A stretch of 64,000 nt of DNA from a virus (Duplodnaviria > Caudoviricetes): positions 1 to 64,000 of the IMG/VR virus record IMGVR_UViG_3300017951_000001. One strand, 5' to 3'. Every line of letters starts with the position of its first letter. The stretch's first letter is position 1. Positions 1 through 8,768 of this stretch are shown piece by piece. Under the pieces are notes generated by a model, which was not told the DNA's origin, did no database searches, and worked only from the letters and a program-made list of their open reading frames with translations. The position numbers were made by a program, and so were the translations under genes.

Positions 1-1096
1 AAGAAATCAAATACTGTTGTGACGGATCGGCATCGACGGTGCGTAAAAGCTCGGGGATGATGGCGCGGTTGATCTTCGCCTGTAATAACTCCAGAACGGG
101 AGTAACTAGGTGAGAAGACGCTACGTCCAACTGCACTTGGGCCGTAGCCCGGGGCATTGCATCTGAAGCGCCCATTTCAACCGGCATTACTCCAAACACT
201 CGCCAACATGTGCGCCTTACCTCTTTGACAATTTCATTGAGTTCAAGGTCTTTGGGCGTGTGGCGCAGTTCAACCCATCGCGCACCTACCGCTTGCGGAT
301 CTGGCGTAGTCAAAACTCGAATTTTATGGTCTTGACCCCGCATCTGCATAAGGTCAGCCCGCGCTTCACGCGCGGCTTGGCCTGCAACGCCAGCCAACAC
401 GAGAATCCCCGGAGGAATCTCGTCGGCATCCAGAGCCATCATCGTATGCTCTGAACTTCGAAGCAATGTGATGACTTCATTCACCAGGGCTTCAATCAGG
501 GGGTTGCCGAGCGGCGTTGCCGTGGTGGGGAATAACCTCAAAAAGACAATGTCTTCCGAGGGAAATGTGGGGTTTTCGTCGCGCGCCTTCAGAATGGCGC
601 TTGTGCCGGCATCGCCGTACAAGTCCTGTTCGTAAAACAGAAGCTTTCCGTGTTCATCCATAATCGGACGAATCGAAGAACCCTTTAGTGGAACTAATTC
701 TCTTACAACACCGTTTGTATCGCGAACGAGTTCTAATGCTGACGCATCATAAACTAACAGATCGGTCAATACGGCAGTCCAAATTTCCTGCCATGTATCC
801 CCATTGTTGTTGGGAGCCATTAACCAAGTGTTGATTCTGGAAGCTAATTTGTTGGCTTCATCAAATTCTGGACTTCTCGGATCAACGTCAGGCGTAATTG
901 TCCAATCGAACGTAGCCACGCGGCGAACAATAGAATCAACTGCCGCCCTGACATCGGGTGTTCGCCTGTAAATCTGCCAAAGTTCGGTGTTGGTGAGAAA
1001 CCGGTCTTGGTCACTGTAATTGGACCGACTTCCGGGAATTGATGGACTTGGAAGGTACGGGTTGATTAGAAACCCGACACGGTCTCGAAGTGCCAT
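1..1096 (-). CDS. Phage portal protein (HK97-like), 3' end runs off the window
   Basis: Manual translation from ATG 1096: MALRDRVGFLINPYLP...ELWQIYRRTPDVRAAVDSIVRRVATFDW...LVYDASALELVRDTNGVVRELVPLKGSSIRP...CWRVFGVMPVEMG...VTPVLELLQAKINRAIIP, a portal-like pattern. Missing from the ORF track because there is no stop in the window. Confidence 0.78.
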   Translation of the reverse strand, partial: MALRDRVGFLINPYLPSPSIPGSRSNYSDQDRFLTNTELWQIYRRTPDVRAAVDSIVRRVATFDWTITPDVDPRSPEFDEANKLASRINTWLMAPNNNGDTWQEIWTAVLTDLLVYDASALELVRDTNGVVRELVPLKGSSIRPIMDEHGKLLFYEQDLYGDAGTSAILKARDENPTFPSEDIVFLRLFPTTATPLGNPLIEALVNEVITLLRSSEHTMMALDADEIPPGILVLAGVAGQAAREARADLMQMRGQDHKIRVLTTPDPQAVGARWVELRHTPKDLELNEIVKEVRRTCWRVFGVMPVEMGASDAMPRATAQVQLDVASSHLVTPVLELLQAKINRAIIPELLRTVDADPSQQYLIS

Positions 1097-1303
1097 TTTT
1101 CTCGAAGAACGAGTCGTTAACCATCCACCTGCACCAATCTGGTTGTTTTCAACCTTTGGTTGGGGGACCAAATTCAAACCGTTGATCAACTTCGTTGACA
1201 CAATGAACCTCACAGCACCAACCATATCACTTAAAGCTAATGGTGGTTAACATTGACTTCCAAGAAGTACATTTTCTAATTTACAATGGTTTGAGGAGTA
1301 ATC

Positions 1304-2047
1304 ATGCCCACTTCTGTTGAAAGTTCACTTCAAAATAGAAACGGCGAGAGCACCCGTGCTCACCGGGCTTTTCTACTTTGGTGCATGCAAGATTCAGAGA
1401 AAAGATCGGTCAGACGAACGGCCGAAGCCGTTTCACGTAACGAAAGCACTTTACGTGAATGGAAAAAGAGGTGGGATTGGGTCGCGCGAGCCGAAGAGTT
1501 AGGCGAACTTTCAAGTTTGAAAGCCACACAAGCTTATCGCGTTTTGTATTATCCAGAATGGCGGTTGCGAGAAATCGTTCACATTGAAACTTTGTTGGAA
1601 ACACCGTTTTCACCAACAGCGCCTATTGCTGCAAGTGTAAGTGATGATGTCCGTAAAGCCATCAAAAAAGACAACGTCAGTGACGCTGCGGAAGAGAGAG
1701 AGAAAAGAACTCGAAGGGCTCACGTATCGTTGATCGATGGCGCTTTGGGACTTATCGCGAAACGTATTACTGCGGGCGATATTCGCGTTAGCCTCCGCGA
1801 TATTCCGGCTCTGCTTCAATTGAGGACAGAGTTAACGAACGTCCAACAAACGGGCGAAGCCAGAAACGTACTCGCCCCGATTGAAAGCATGCGGGTTCGC
1901 CATGCTAAAGCAACCGGTGGTAACATCGTTGCAGCCATGCATGCCGACGCCGAAGAGATCTGCGCTATCTTGGGGGCTATCGTTTCGAGCGGTGAAGTAC
2001 CCAAAAATGCTTTCGAAAATTATCAAGAGGTCATCAATGAGCAATGA
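1304..2047 (+). CDS. Putative terminase small subunit (N-terminal HTH)
   Basis: RSVRRTAEAVSRNESTLREWKKRWDWVARA HTH plus W-x-W-x-x-R-A pattern typical of terS-like proteins; GAGGAG RBS upstream. Confidence 0.5.
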   Translation: MPTSVESSLQNRNGESTRAHRAFLLWCMQDSEKRSVRRTAEAVSRNESTLREWKKRWDWVARAEELGELSSLKATQAYRVLYYPEWRLREIVHIETLLETPFSPTAPIAASVSDDVRKAIKKDNVSDAAEEREKRTRRAHVSLIDGALGLIAKRITAGDIRVSLRDIPALLQLRTELTNVQQTGEARNVLAPIESMRVRHAKATGGNIVAAMHADAEEICAILGAIVSSGEVPKNAFENYQEVINEQ

Positions 2048-2354
2048 CGAGTGGATCGATCCGAGGATGATCGAAGTCAATCGCACTCCGATACAAAACC
2101 CTCTTTCTGACCGGTTAATCCGAAAGGTGTTTTACGGGGATAAAACACAACGAACTGATTGTAGATTGATTTTATCGGTAGCGGAATTGGAGAAGCTGTT
2201 AGACATCGCGAAATCAAGCACAACAAACCGAGCGGTGTTGCATCATGTTGGCTTGAATGTCGGACTATATCAATCTGCGAGCGGTCACAATTATGAAGTT
2301 TGGACATTGAGCGGGTCTCACGTCCTTCCGGAAAAAGCCCCCTTCGAAGGTTAA
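2037..2354 (+). CDS. Hypothetical protein
   Basis: ATG 2037 (MSNDEWIDPR) overlaps the end of the upstream gene; part of a closely packed + strand operon. Confidence 0.6.
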   Translation: MSNDEWIDPRMIEVNRTPIQNPLSDRLIRKVFYGDKTQRTDCRLILSVAELEKLLDIAKSSTTNRAVLHHVGLNVGLYQSASGHNYEVWTLSGSHVLPEKAPFEG

Positions 2355-2435
2355 TTTTCCGTTGTATCGGTTCCGGTGATCGGTTACGGTGTTCTTGGCG
2401 CGTTGCGCCGACAACCACTCACAACCCGGTGACCT

Positions 2436-2660
2436 ATGCCAAACTACGAAAACGAGTTGGCTTTCCAACTTCTGAAGCTTGTTCGAAAAATGGCCGACCA
2501 ACCCGAGCCAAACCATGTCCATGAGGTTTTCCAAACATGGTTGGACCGGGCTCGTTCGCGTGAAGAATCGCGCATCGCAAATTCGCTTCTAAACGAGGCA
2601 AATCATTTGGCGAGCGACGTCCTCACCGACGCTATCGTTTGGGATTCCGGACATGAGTAA
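2436..2660 (+). CDS. Hypothetical protein
   Basis: 74 aa, overlaps next gene. Confidence 0.55.
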   Translation: MPNYENELAFQLLKLVRKMADQPEPNHVHEVFQTWLDRARSREESRIANSLLNEANHLASDVLTDAIVWDSGHE

Positions 2661-2907
2661 AATCAACTCAATCCGGGTGCCGGTTCGGCATATTTCCTTC
2701 GGCGAAGGTCATGGAATCCAATTTGCCGAAAATGCCGGAGGCAAACCGTTGTTGTTTATCCGGTGGTTAGATTTTTCTGGCGTTGCAGGGGGTTGGTACG
2801 ACCCCACAGACGAAAAACTAACCATTGAGGATATTCGTTTACTCAACAACTTGTACGCTCGTGACATTGAAACGCCCGCGCACAGCTTAACAAAGGGGGG
2901 GGAATGA
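2653..2907 (+). CDS. Hypothetical protein
   Basis: 84 aa, ATGA overlap with next gene. Confidence 0.55.
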   Translation: MSKINSIRVPVRHISFGEGHGIQFAENAGGKPLLFIRWLDFSGVAGGWYDPTDEKLTIEDIRLLNNLYARDIETPAHSLTKGGE

Positions 2908-3119
2908 CACGCAAGCAATGGCCACCAGCACAGACGCAGCGCAACAAAGAAGGCCACCAGCGTGCTGCTGAACTAGGTTTCACAACGTTGGGACCTACTC
3001 CAACAGGTTGGAGAAACGCAAAAGTCCAATGCATTGTCTGCGGCCACAGGTTGCCTTGGTATCACAGCAAGTATCAACGCTTGCACCGTGACCGTTGCAA
3101 AGCCGCGAAAGATAACTAA
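2904..3119 (+). CDS. Hypothetical zinc-ribbon protein
   Basis: CIVCGH motif, coupled start. Confidence 0.5.
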   Translation: MTRKQWPPAQTQRNKEGHQRAAELGFTTLGPTPTGWRNAKVQCIVCGHRLPWYHSKYQRLHRDRCKAAKDN

Positions 3120-3139
3120 CAACAACGACGGCGGTAAAA

Positions 3140-3427
3140 ATGAAAGTTGATGCGTTGTGGGAAGGGCGACCAGAAAAAGGCCGCCCTGCTCGGCGGTTCC
3201 CGGGCATGTTTGAAGTCCATCCAAGCGACATTCACGAACATGAGGGCCAACTCCTTGCATTCGTTTATGTTCCGAGAACCAATGGCCGAAAAATCGGAGC
3301 ATACGTCGGAGCATACGAATGGCGGGTGCTTCGCTACGATGATGTTGGCCCATATATCTTGTTGCATAACAAGAAAGAATTAAAAGTCGCGACAACCCAA
3401 TACCAACCACGGAACTACGATGCGTAA
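3140..3427 (+). CDS. Hypothetical protein
   Basis: 95 aa in operon. Confidence 0.55.
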   Translation: MKVDALWEGRPEKGRPARRFPGMFEVHPSDIHEHEGQLLAFVYVPRTNGRKIGAYVGAYEWRVLRYDDVGPYILLHNKKELKVATTQYQPRNYDA

Positions 3428-3911
3428 AGCTTCATTTCTTTTGTACCCGTACGATTCGAAGGTTCAATCCCACTATTGCTCAAATCTCGAATTGTCGGAA
3501 ACAGTTTCCGACTATATCGAAGGGCGATACGGGTTCACTCCCCAAAAACAAACCACGTATGATTGGCTCATGTTGAATGCTCCTGGTCCCACATTCGGGA
3601 CAAACCTTCCATTGCTCCAATTCACAATTGAAGGACTTGAATATCGAATCCACCCTTCGCATGTGAGCTTGGTTTTCGAATTCATCGAGCGCCGTCGGAA
3701 CCGAATCACTGTGTACGGGGGTGTCATCGAGGCGGTAAAGGTGCCGATGCATTATGGGCTTGCAATCATTGAAAAAGCCCACATTGAGCCTTTGTTGAAT
3801 CAACTACAACCGTTGGTAGCTGAATCCGATTCTGTTGTTCTTGAACACCTTGAACGGTTGGCTCAATGCAAAAGCGTGCATGTTCCCAATCACAGTCCGG
3901 AGTTCCAATGA
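3420..3911 (+). CDS. Hypothetical protein
   Basis: 163 aa in operon. Confidence 0.6.
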   Translation: MRKASFLLYPYDSKVQSHYCSNLELSETVSDYIEGRYGFTPQKQTTYDWLMLNAPGPTFGTNLPLLQFTIEGLEYRIHPSHVSLVFEFIERRRNRITVYGGVIEAVKVPMHYGLAIIEKAHIEPLLNQLQPLVAESDSVVLEHLERLAQCKSVHVPNHSPEFQ

Positions 3912-4471
3912 GCGACAAATATCAAAACATGCTCCAATTGATCGAGTTGGTCCGCCCGCTTGAAGCTCAAAGACAACATGCGTTAAATATCTACTTCAGT
4001 TTGTTTGACTCCTTGTTAGACTTCAAATTCGTTTCTGAAGACGTGTTTGACGCATTAGCAAACCAATATTGGTTCACCATAATTGATCCCTTGGAACAGC
4101 AGAACGATGTGTATGCCAAGGTGTTCGAGTTGATCGCATCGACAAAAAACCAAATTGATTCTGAACTTCAATCTGCAATGCGAATTGGTTGGCCTTCCAA
4201 CTTGATTTCAGACCTTGATCGATTGATGAATCGACTCAATGACATTGAGTCAATAACCCCGCGTTGTATATTGTCGGCATATGGACTCAAAGACCCTAGA
4301 TTCATACGTCAAGGCAAACATCAAAGGGAAGAAATACAACGAACCGTTTACCGGGAAATCCAAGAAAATATTGATTGTTTACCTTTGTACTTGAAAGTCA
4401 TTGACGACTTGTTGAATGAGTATTCCCGCAACCTCGTTGATTATCTCATTCAGAAAAGCATAGAAGATTGA
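3908..4471 (+). CDS. Hypothetical helical protein
   Basis: ATGA coupling at 3908 (MSDKYQ). Confidence 0.6.
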   Translation: MSDKYQNMLQLIELVRPLEAQRQHALNIYFSLFDSLLDFKFVSEDVFDALANQYWFTIIDPLEQQNDVYAKVFELIASTKNQIDSELQSAMRIGWPSNLISDLDRLMNRLNDIESITPRCILSAYGLKDPRFIRQGKHQREEIQRTVYREIQENIDCLPLYLKVIDDLLNEYSRNLVDYLIQKSIED

Positions 4472-4478
4472 ACATTAC

Positions 4479-4560
4479 GCTAGTGTGGTGGAACTGGTAG
4501 ACACAGGGGACTTAAAATCCCCCGGCTTTGACCGTGCGGGTTCGATTCCCGCCACTAGCA
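4479..4560 (+). tRNA. tRNA-Leu (anticodon TAA)
   Basis: Acceptor GCTAGTG/CACTAGC, anticodon arm GGGGA-CTTAAAA-TCCCC, long variable arm, T arm GCGGG-TTCGATT-CCCGC, discriminator A, no encoded CCA. Confidence 0.93.
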
Positions 4561-4615
4561 TTTGAACTGCAACACGGAACGTGTTATGCATCTCGAAACC
4601 AACCACGGGGTGTGA

Positions 4616-5776
4616 ATGTCGACTTACAAAGGTGATTCTCCTGGCAAAAAATTGAGCCGTTTTAGGGCATGGAGCCTGATTTTACAAGCCGCAAATCGGC
4701 TTCAAGTTCCATACCAGGGGGCTTATGTCCTTGCCGGGGAAGGCGGCGACTTGTCCGTCCTGCGGGGTTGGGGACTTCCCATGGATACGGTAACTGCCGT
4801 AGATTTCGACCAAGATTGGTTGGACTATTGCAATGAAGCATATCCGGGGGTTCAAACCGCTTGTGGCGAAGCCGGCGAATTGTCCGAACGGTTCAATTAC
4901 TCCTTCGCCCATCTTGATTTCTGCGGTGGTTTGACCGCAGCCAACATTCGAACGGTTGCTGATGTTGCATGGAACGTTGGCTCATTGCCTTCGATTATTG
5001 CCGTAACCATGCTCAAAGGCCGGGAGCACATGGGCGCTCCGCGTCGTGTTTTGACGGGTGGAATCCCAAGGGCTCGAAGGCGTCGCCACGCTATACATAA
5101 CCGGAAAATGGGCAACCCTGTTGGGGCTTACGTGTTGTCGGCTGAACGTTTGGACCCTCGCCGGTTGTTGGAAATTACAGAACAACAATTCCGGTCAAAC
5201 CTCCAATTCGAAAAATACATAGGCTTACAAACTGACGGCGATTACAACGGGAGCAAAATTTATCGCAGAAATGGAAGGTTAGCCCCGTTTGGTAAAGCCA
5301 TGCTTCGGGCAATGGCATTGCAGGGTGCCGCTCAAGCATTGTCGTCCGCTTTGTATGGTCGTCACCCCGGGGATGGACCCTGGTTTACATGCATCGGAGT
5401 CGTTGGGTATCACAGCCGATGCTCCGTGAGCGGCGGAACGCCGTTTTTTACTGCAATTTTTGCGATTACCCAGCCGCATGAATCCGAAAAAATCCAAAAA
5501 GAATTACTTCAAAACAATACTAATTTCTTGTTTCATTCTTTAGACATTGAACATTCATTAGGCCGTTTGGCTCCCACGGCTGTTGAATTTGCCAAGATGC
5601 TTCCCATTGAACAGGTCGCCGACTTGTTCGATGTGCCGGTGAAAACCGTCATTGCTTGGAAAGCCCATGCAACTCGGGGAACATACACATTGCCGCCCCT
5701 TATGAGATTGGGCCTTGAACCTGCTAATCTTTGGAAATCAAATTCTTATTCACTTTCACAAAGGGGGAACGAATGA
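4616..5776 (+). CDS. SAM-dependent methyltransferase-like protein with C-terminal HTH
   Basis: VLAGEGGD...VTAVD...AHLDFCGG Rossmann-type motifs; C-terminal IEQVADLFDVPVKTVIAWK HTH. Confidence 0.5.
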   Translation: MSTYKGDSPGKKLSRFRAWSLILQAANRLQVPYQGAYVLAGEGGDLSVLRGWGLPMDTVTAVDFDQDWLDYCNEAYPGVQTACGEAGELSERFNYSFAHLDFCGGLTAANIRTVADVAWNVGSLPSIIAVTMLKGREHMGAPRRVLTGGIPRARRRRHAIHNRKMGNPVGAYVLSAERLDPRRLLEITEQQFRSNLQFEKYIGLQTDGDYNGSKIYRRNGRLAPFGKAMLRAMALQGAAQALSSALYGRHPGDGPWFTCIGVVGYHSRCSVSGGTPFFTAIFAITQPHESEKIQKELLQNNTNFLFHSLDIEHSLGRLAPTAVEFAKMLPIEQVADLFDVPVKTVIAWKAHATRGTYTLPPLMRLGLEPANLWKSNSYSLSQRGNE

Positions 5777-6012
5777 GGCATGCCGGTTGGATGATTCGAA
5801 AAAACTACGACCGAGGAAATTGCTCTGACGGTTGGTGTGGTTCCTGCGCAAGATGCGGGGCTTGCCCCACAGCCGAAGACATTTTGACCGAAACGTTAGA
5901 TGAAATCAGACGTATCGAACAACAACTTGAAACCAATTCGAACACCGAAGATGCAGAATATTTGAGCTTGCTTCTCCGGATTCGGGATGAATTGGCTGAA
6001 CCGATCTTGTAA
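5773..6012 (+). CDS. Hypothetical Cys-rich protein
   Basis: CSDGWCGSCARCGAC; ATGA coupling. Confidence 0.5.
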   Translation: MRHAGWMIRKNYDRGNCSDGWCGSCARCGACPTAEDILTETLDEIRRIEQQLETNSNTEDAEYLSLLLRIRDELAEPIL

Positions 6013-6023
6013 GGGGAAAAACC

Positions 6024-6413
6024 ATGATTGGACTAGCAAATCGAGCCGTCGCCTGTCCCGGCTGGCGATGGCTACCGGGAATGCTCACCCAGCATGGGCG
6101 CATCTGTGGCGCGGGGTATCTGGTGCCTGATGATGTCGACGAGGACTGGTCAGGGCTATCAGCGGTGGACACGGTCGCCTGGGACGATCTTCTGCCCGAC
6201 CTACGCGACCCCGCCACGCTGGGCGGATTACTCGCGTTGGTGCGGGAGGCGTGGGGCGACCCCTATCTGTACGTGTTCTACACTTCTTACTTCTTCACGG
6301 TGAGCAGGGCTGGCACAGGGGGTGGGAACTGGTTGGACCCAAAAGGTCACGGAATGATTGAAGCGTCCACCGAAGCCGAGGCACTTGTCGCTGCGTTGGA
6401 GGCTGCGCCATGA
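6024..6413 (+). CDS. Hypothetical phage protein (paralog of 7790..8251)
   Basis: C..WRWLPGM...PDLRDPATLGGLL motif; higher GC than neighbours. Confidence 0.65.
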   Translation: MIGLANRAVACPGWRWLPGMLTQHGRICGAGYLVPDDVDEDWSGLSAVDTVAWDDLLPDLRDPATLGGLLALVREAWGDPYLYVFYTSYFFTVSRAGTGGGNWLDPKGHGMIEASTEAEALVAALEAAP

Positions 6414-6574
6414 ACATTACTATTGCTTTGCTCTTGAAATTGATAAAAACCAAGCAACCAGACGCGCTCGTACACATCGATTTGTGCGAAAACCTCATCC
6501 GGATTGACCCGCCCGGCAAACAAGGTAAGTGGTTAACAATCCAAGAAGCGGTTGAAATTTTCAAGGAAAAGTAA
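6410..6574 (+). CDS. Small hypothetical protein (54 aa, below ORF-track cutoff)
   Basis: ATGA overlap; MNITIALLLKLIKTKQPDALVHIDLCENLIRIDPPGKQGKWLTIQEAVEIFKEK. Confidence 0.45.
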   Translation: MNITIALLLKLIKTKQPDALVHIDLCENLIRIDPPGKQGKWLTIQEAVEIFKEK

Positions 6575-6669
6575 CCACGAAAAGCCAAGATTTTCGCCCC
6601 GTCGAACGGCGTGCCGGGTTATAATTTCCCGGGGCACGTTGCCCCGGAAAACCGCGGAAATACGCTTAC

Positions 6670-7173
6670 ATGCTTACAAAACAAACGACGGAACGATTGT
6701 TGTTCCTTCTGAATGATTTCCTCCAACATTACGTGAAGGAACAACACGAAAATACGTTCTGGCTTCATGCCGGAATGCATGAAATTCAAAGTTACGATGC
6801 GGAATGGCAACAATCCTTGCGTCAACAAGGGTTCATTCGGCATTTTACGCCACCGGGGCAAACTTACGGGTTTTGTCGTCCCCCGTCTACCTACCATTTG
6901 ACGCCGCATTTCTGGCGGACTGTACGCCCATGGGTTGACATCGTTCATCAACTCATCGTGAACGTATTCATCGACCACTACCCGGATGCCCTTCACGACA
7001 AAAAAAATATTTCCCAAAAATGGTTAGTCTACAGATTGACTTCCGTGCTTGGGACATTGAAAATCGTGACCGCTTGGGCCGATGCGCTATCCGAGCCTAA
7101 TGCGCTCCCCGTGGTCCCGGAACTTCACACCGACGTTGAACCGACATTCAATTGGCTAACCAACAACCCGTAA
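6670..7173 (+). CDS. Hypothetical protein
   Basis: 167 aa; strong CAA/GAA codon bias. Confidence 0.6.
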   Translation: MLTKQTTERLLFLLNDFLQHYVKEQHENTFWLHAGMHEIQSYDAEWQQSLRQQGFIRHFTPPGQTYGFCRPPSTYHLTPHFWRTVRPWVDIVHQLIVNVFIDHYPDALHDKKNISQKWLVYRLTSVLGTLKIVTAWADALSEPNALPVVPELHTDVEPTFNWLTNNP

Positions 7174-7184
7174 GGACAACAACC

Positions 7185-7787
7185 ATGCAGACATTTGTAC
7201 CTTTCGAAAGCAATTTTAACCAATGTGCATTCGTCTTAGACGACAACCGACTCAACAAGCAACGTTCCGAATGCCAAATCATCCTCAAAACCCTTCTCGG
7301 TTTGTATGACATCGAAACGGGAAAGGGTTGGCCCCACCATCCAGCTACGCGCATGTGGCTCGGGTATGAACCGGCGTTGTTGGGATACAGCATCGCCATC
7401 GCCCTCGAATGGGAGACACGGGGCCATGCGGACACTACGCTTGAATGGTTCGTGAACCTTGCTGACGACAAGGGGTTCGACATCGAAAACTACGAAATGC
7501 CCCACTGGTGGGGCGGCGGAATTCATGCTTCTCACCGAAGCAACCTGATGGAGAAAAACCCCGAATATTACTTGCGTTGGTGGACCGACAAGCCGGGTAT
7601 GAACTACGTGTGGCCATCGGGCAAAGAACGCCTCACTCCGCGTATCCCGCTCAAATCCGAACTTTGGGCTTGGATCAAAACGGGCGAAGGCACAACCATC
7701 GGCGATGGTGCTGACTACTTTGGCATTACCCCTCTCGAATTCATCCGAATCCGGGACCAAAAAAACACTGACCGTAAGGGGGCGTAA
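7185..7787 (+). CDS. Pyrimidine-dimer DNA glycosylase-like (DenV/MSMEG_6728 family)
   Basis: MQTFVP...LDDNRLNKQRSEC.QI...GWPHHPATRMWLGYEPAL...EWETRGHADT...HASHRSNL signature; AAGGA RBS. Confidence 0.8.
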   Translation: MQTFVPFESNFNQCAFVLDDNRLNKQRSECQIILKTLLGLYDIETGKGWPHHPATRMWLGYEPALLGYSIAIALEWETRGHADTTLEWFVNLADDKGFDIENYEMPHWWGGGIHASHRSNLMEKNPEYYLRWWTDKPGMNYVWPSGKERLTPRIPLKSELWAWIKTGEGTTIGDGADYFGITPLEFIRIRDQKNTDRKGA

Positions 7788-7789
7788 AA

Positions 7790-8251
7790 ATGAATATGAA
7801 CCACTGCGCTCAAAGAATCGTCAACTGCCCATTGTTCCGTTGGATCCCTGGGATGACTACAATCGCCGGCAAATCACTAATCGAATATTCAGAAGATTGC
7901 CCACAACAGGTTTGGTTGTTGGATGAACACGGCTTGGACGGGCCACAAATGGACCGAGTCAACGCGGACTCCATCTTCCCGGACCTGTACGATGAACACA
8001 CCGTCGATTGCCTTCTCAAAATTATCAACGACCACATCAAACCTTCAAAGGTGGTAATCGACCACCACGACTCGTTGTGGTACTTCGATGTTCCGTTAGT
8101 TTACCGCCGACTCGGCGCGAAAGCGGCACCGCCGTTGCGTTCAACTACGAACCCATTCATCGACTTGTATACGTTGACGCGAGCCGAACTGTTGATGTAC
8201 GGATTCGAAAATCTCTGGGCTTTCATCCAAAAGGGGCAGGGCAATGAATAA
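7790..8251 (+). CDS. Hypothetical phage protein (paralog of 6024..6413)
   Basis: CPLFRWIPGM...PDLYDEHTVDCLL motif. Confidence 0.62.
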   Translation: MNMNHCAQRIVNCPLFRWIPGMTTIAGKSLIEYSEDCPQQVWLLDEHGLDGPQMDRVNADSIFPDLYDEHTVDCLLKIINDHIKPSKVVIDHHDSLWYFDVPLVYRRLGAKAAPPLRSTTNPFIDLYTLTRAELLMYGFENLWAFIQKGQGNE

Positions 8252-8768
8252 GCTACAAACATCGTACGATATTCTCGATTCAATCCGAGAAACGAGCATG
8301 ACTCTCGCTGAATTGTCGGAAGATACAGGACGAAGCGAGAAAACGCTCGAAAAATGTATCTATCGTTTGTTAGAAAAACATGCGGTAAGGCGAACTCAAA
8401 TCCCATCCTTGACCCGTAAAGCCATATACCGGTACACTATCGAACCATACGGGTTGAACTTGTTGTGGGCTTGTGAAAGCGGATTCGTTGTGTCCCGAAT
8501 TGAGTCAACAGCAAGGTTACTTTTATTCATGCGTCAGAAACAGCGAACAACGTTCAACGAGTTAGCCGATGTGTGGCCATTTTCGGATACTTCGCTTCGA
8601 AACCGATTAGCTGGGTTTCAACGTTTGGACTACATTTGTTCCGAAGTCTCGCACATCGGTTCTCAAGAACTTGCATATGTACTCACCGACAAAGGCACAG
8701 CCGTCATCGACCGTTGGCCTGGATTTGACCCAAAAACTCCGGAAAATCACCATGTTCTCATTCATTGA
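8244..8768 (+). CDS. Tandem winged-helix DNA-binding protein
   Basis: Two wHTH-like repeats (TLAELSEDTGRSEKTLEKCIYRL; TFNELADVWPFSDTSLRNRLAGF...YVLTDKG). Confidence 0.65.
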   Translation: MNKLQTSYDILDSIRETSMTLAELSEDTGRSEKTLEKCIYRLLEKHAVRRTQIPSLTRKAIYRYTIEPYGLNLLWACESGFVVSRIESTARLLLFMRQKQRTTFNELADVWPFSDTSLRNRLAGFQRLDYICSEVSHIGSQELAYVLTDKGTAVIDRWPGFDPKTPENHHVLIH

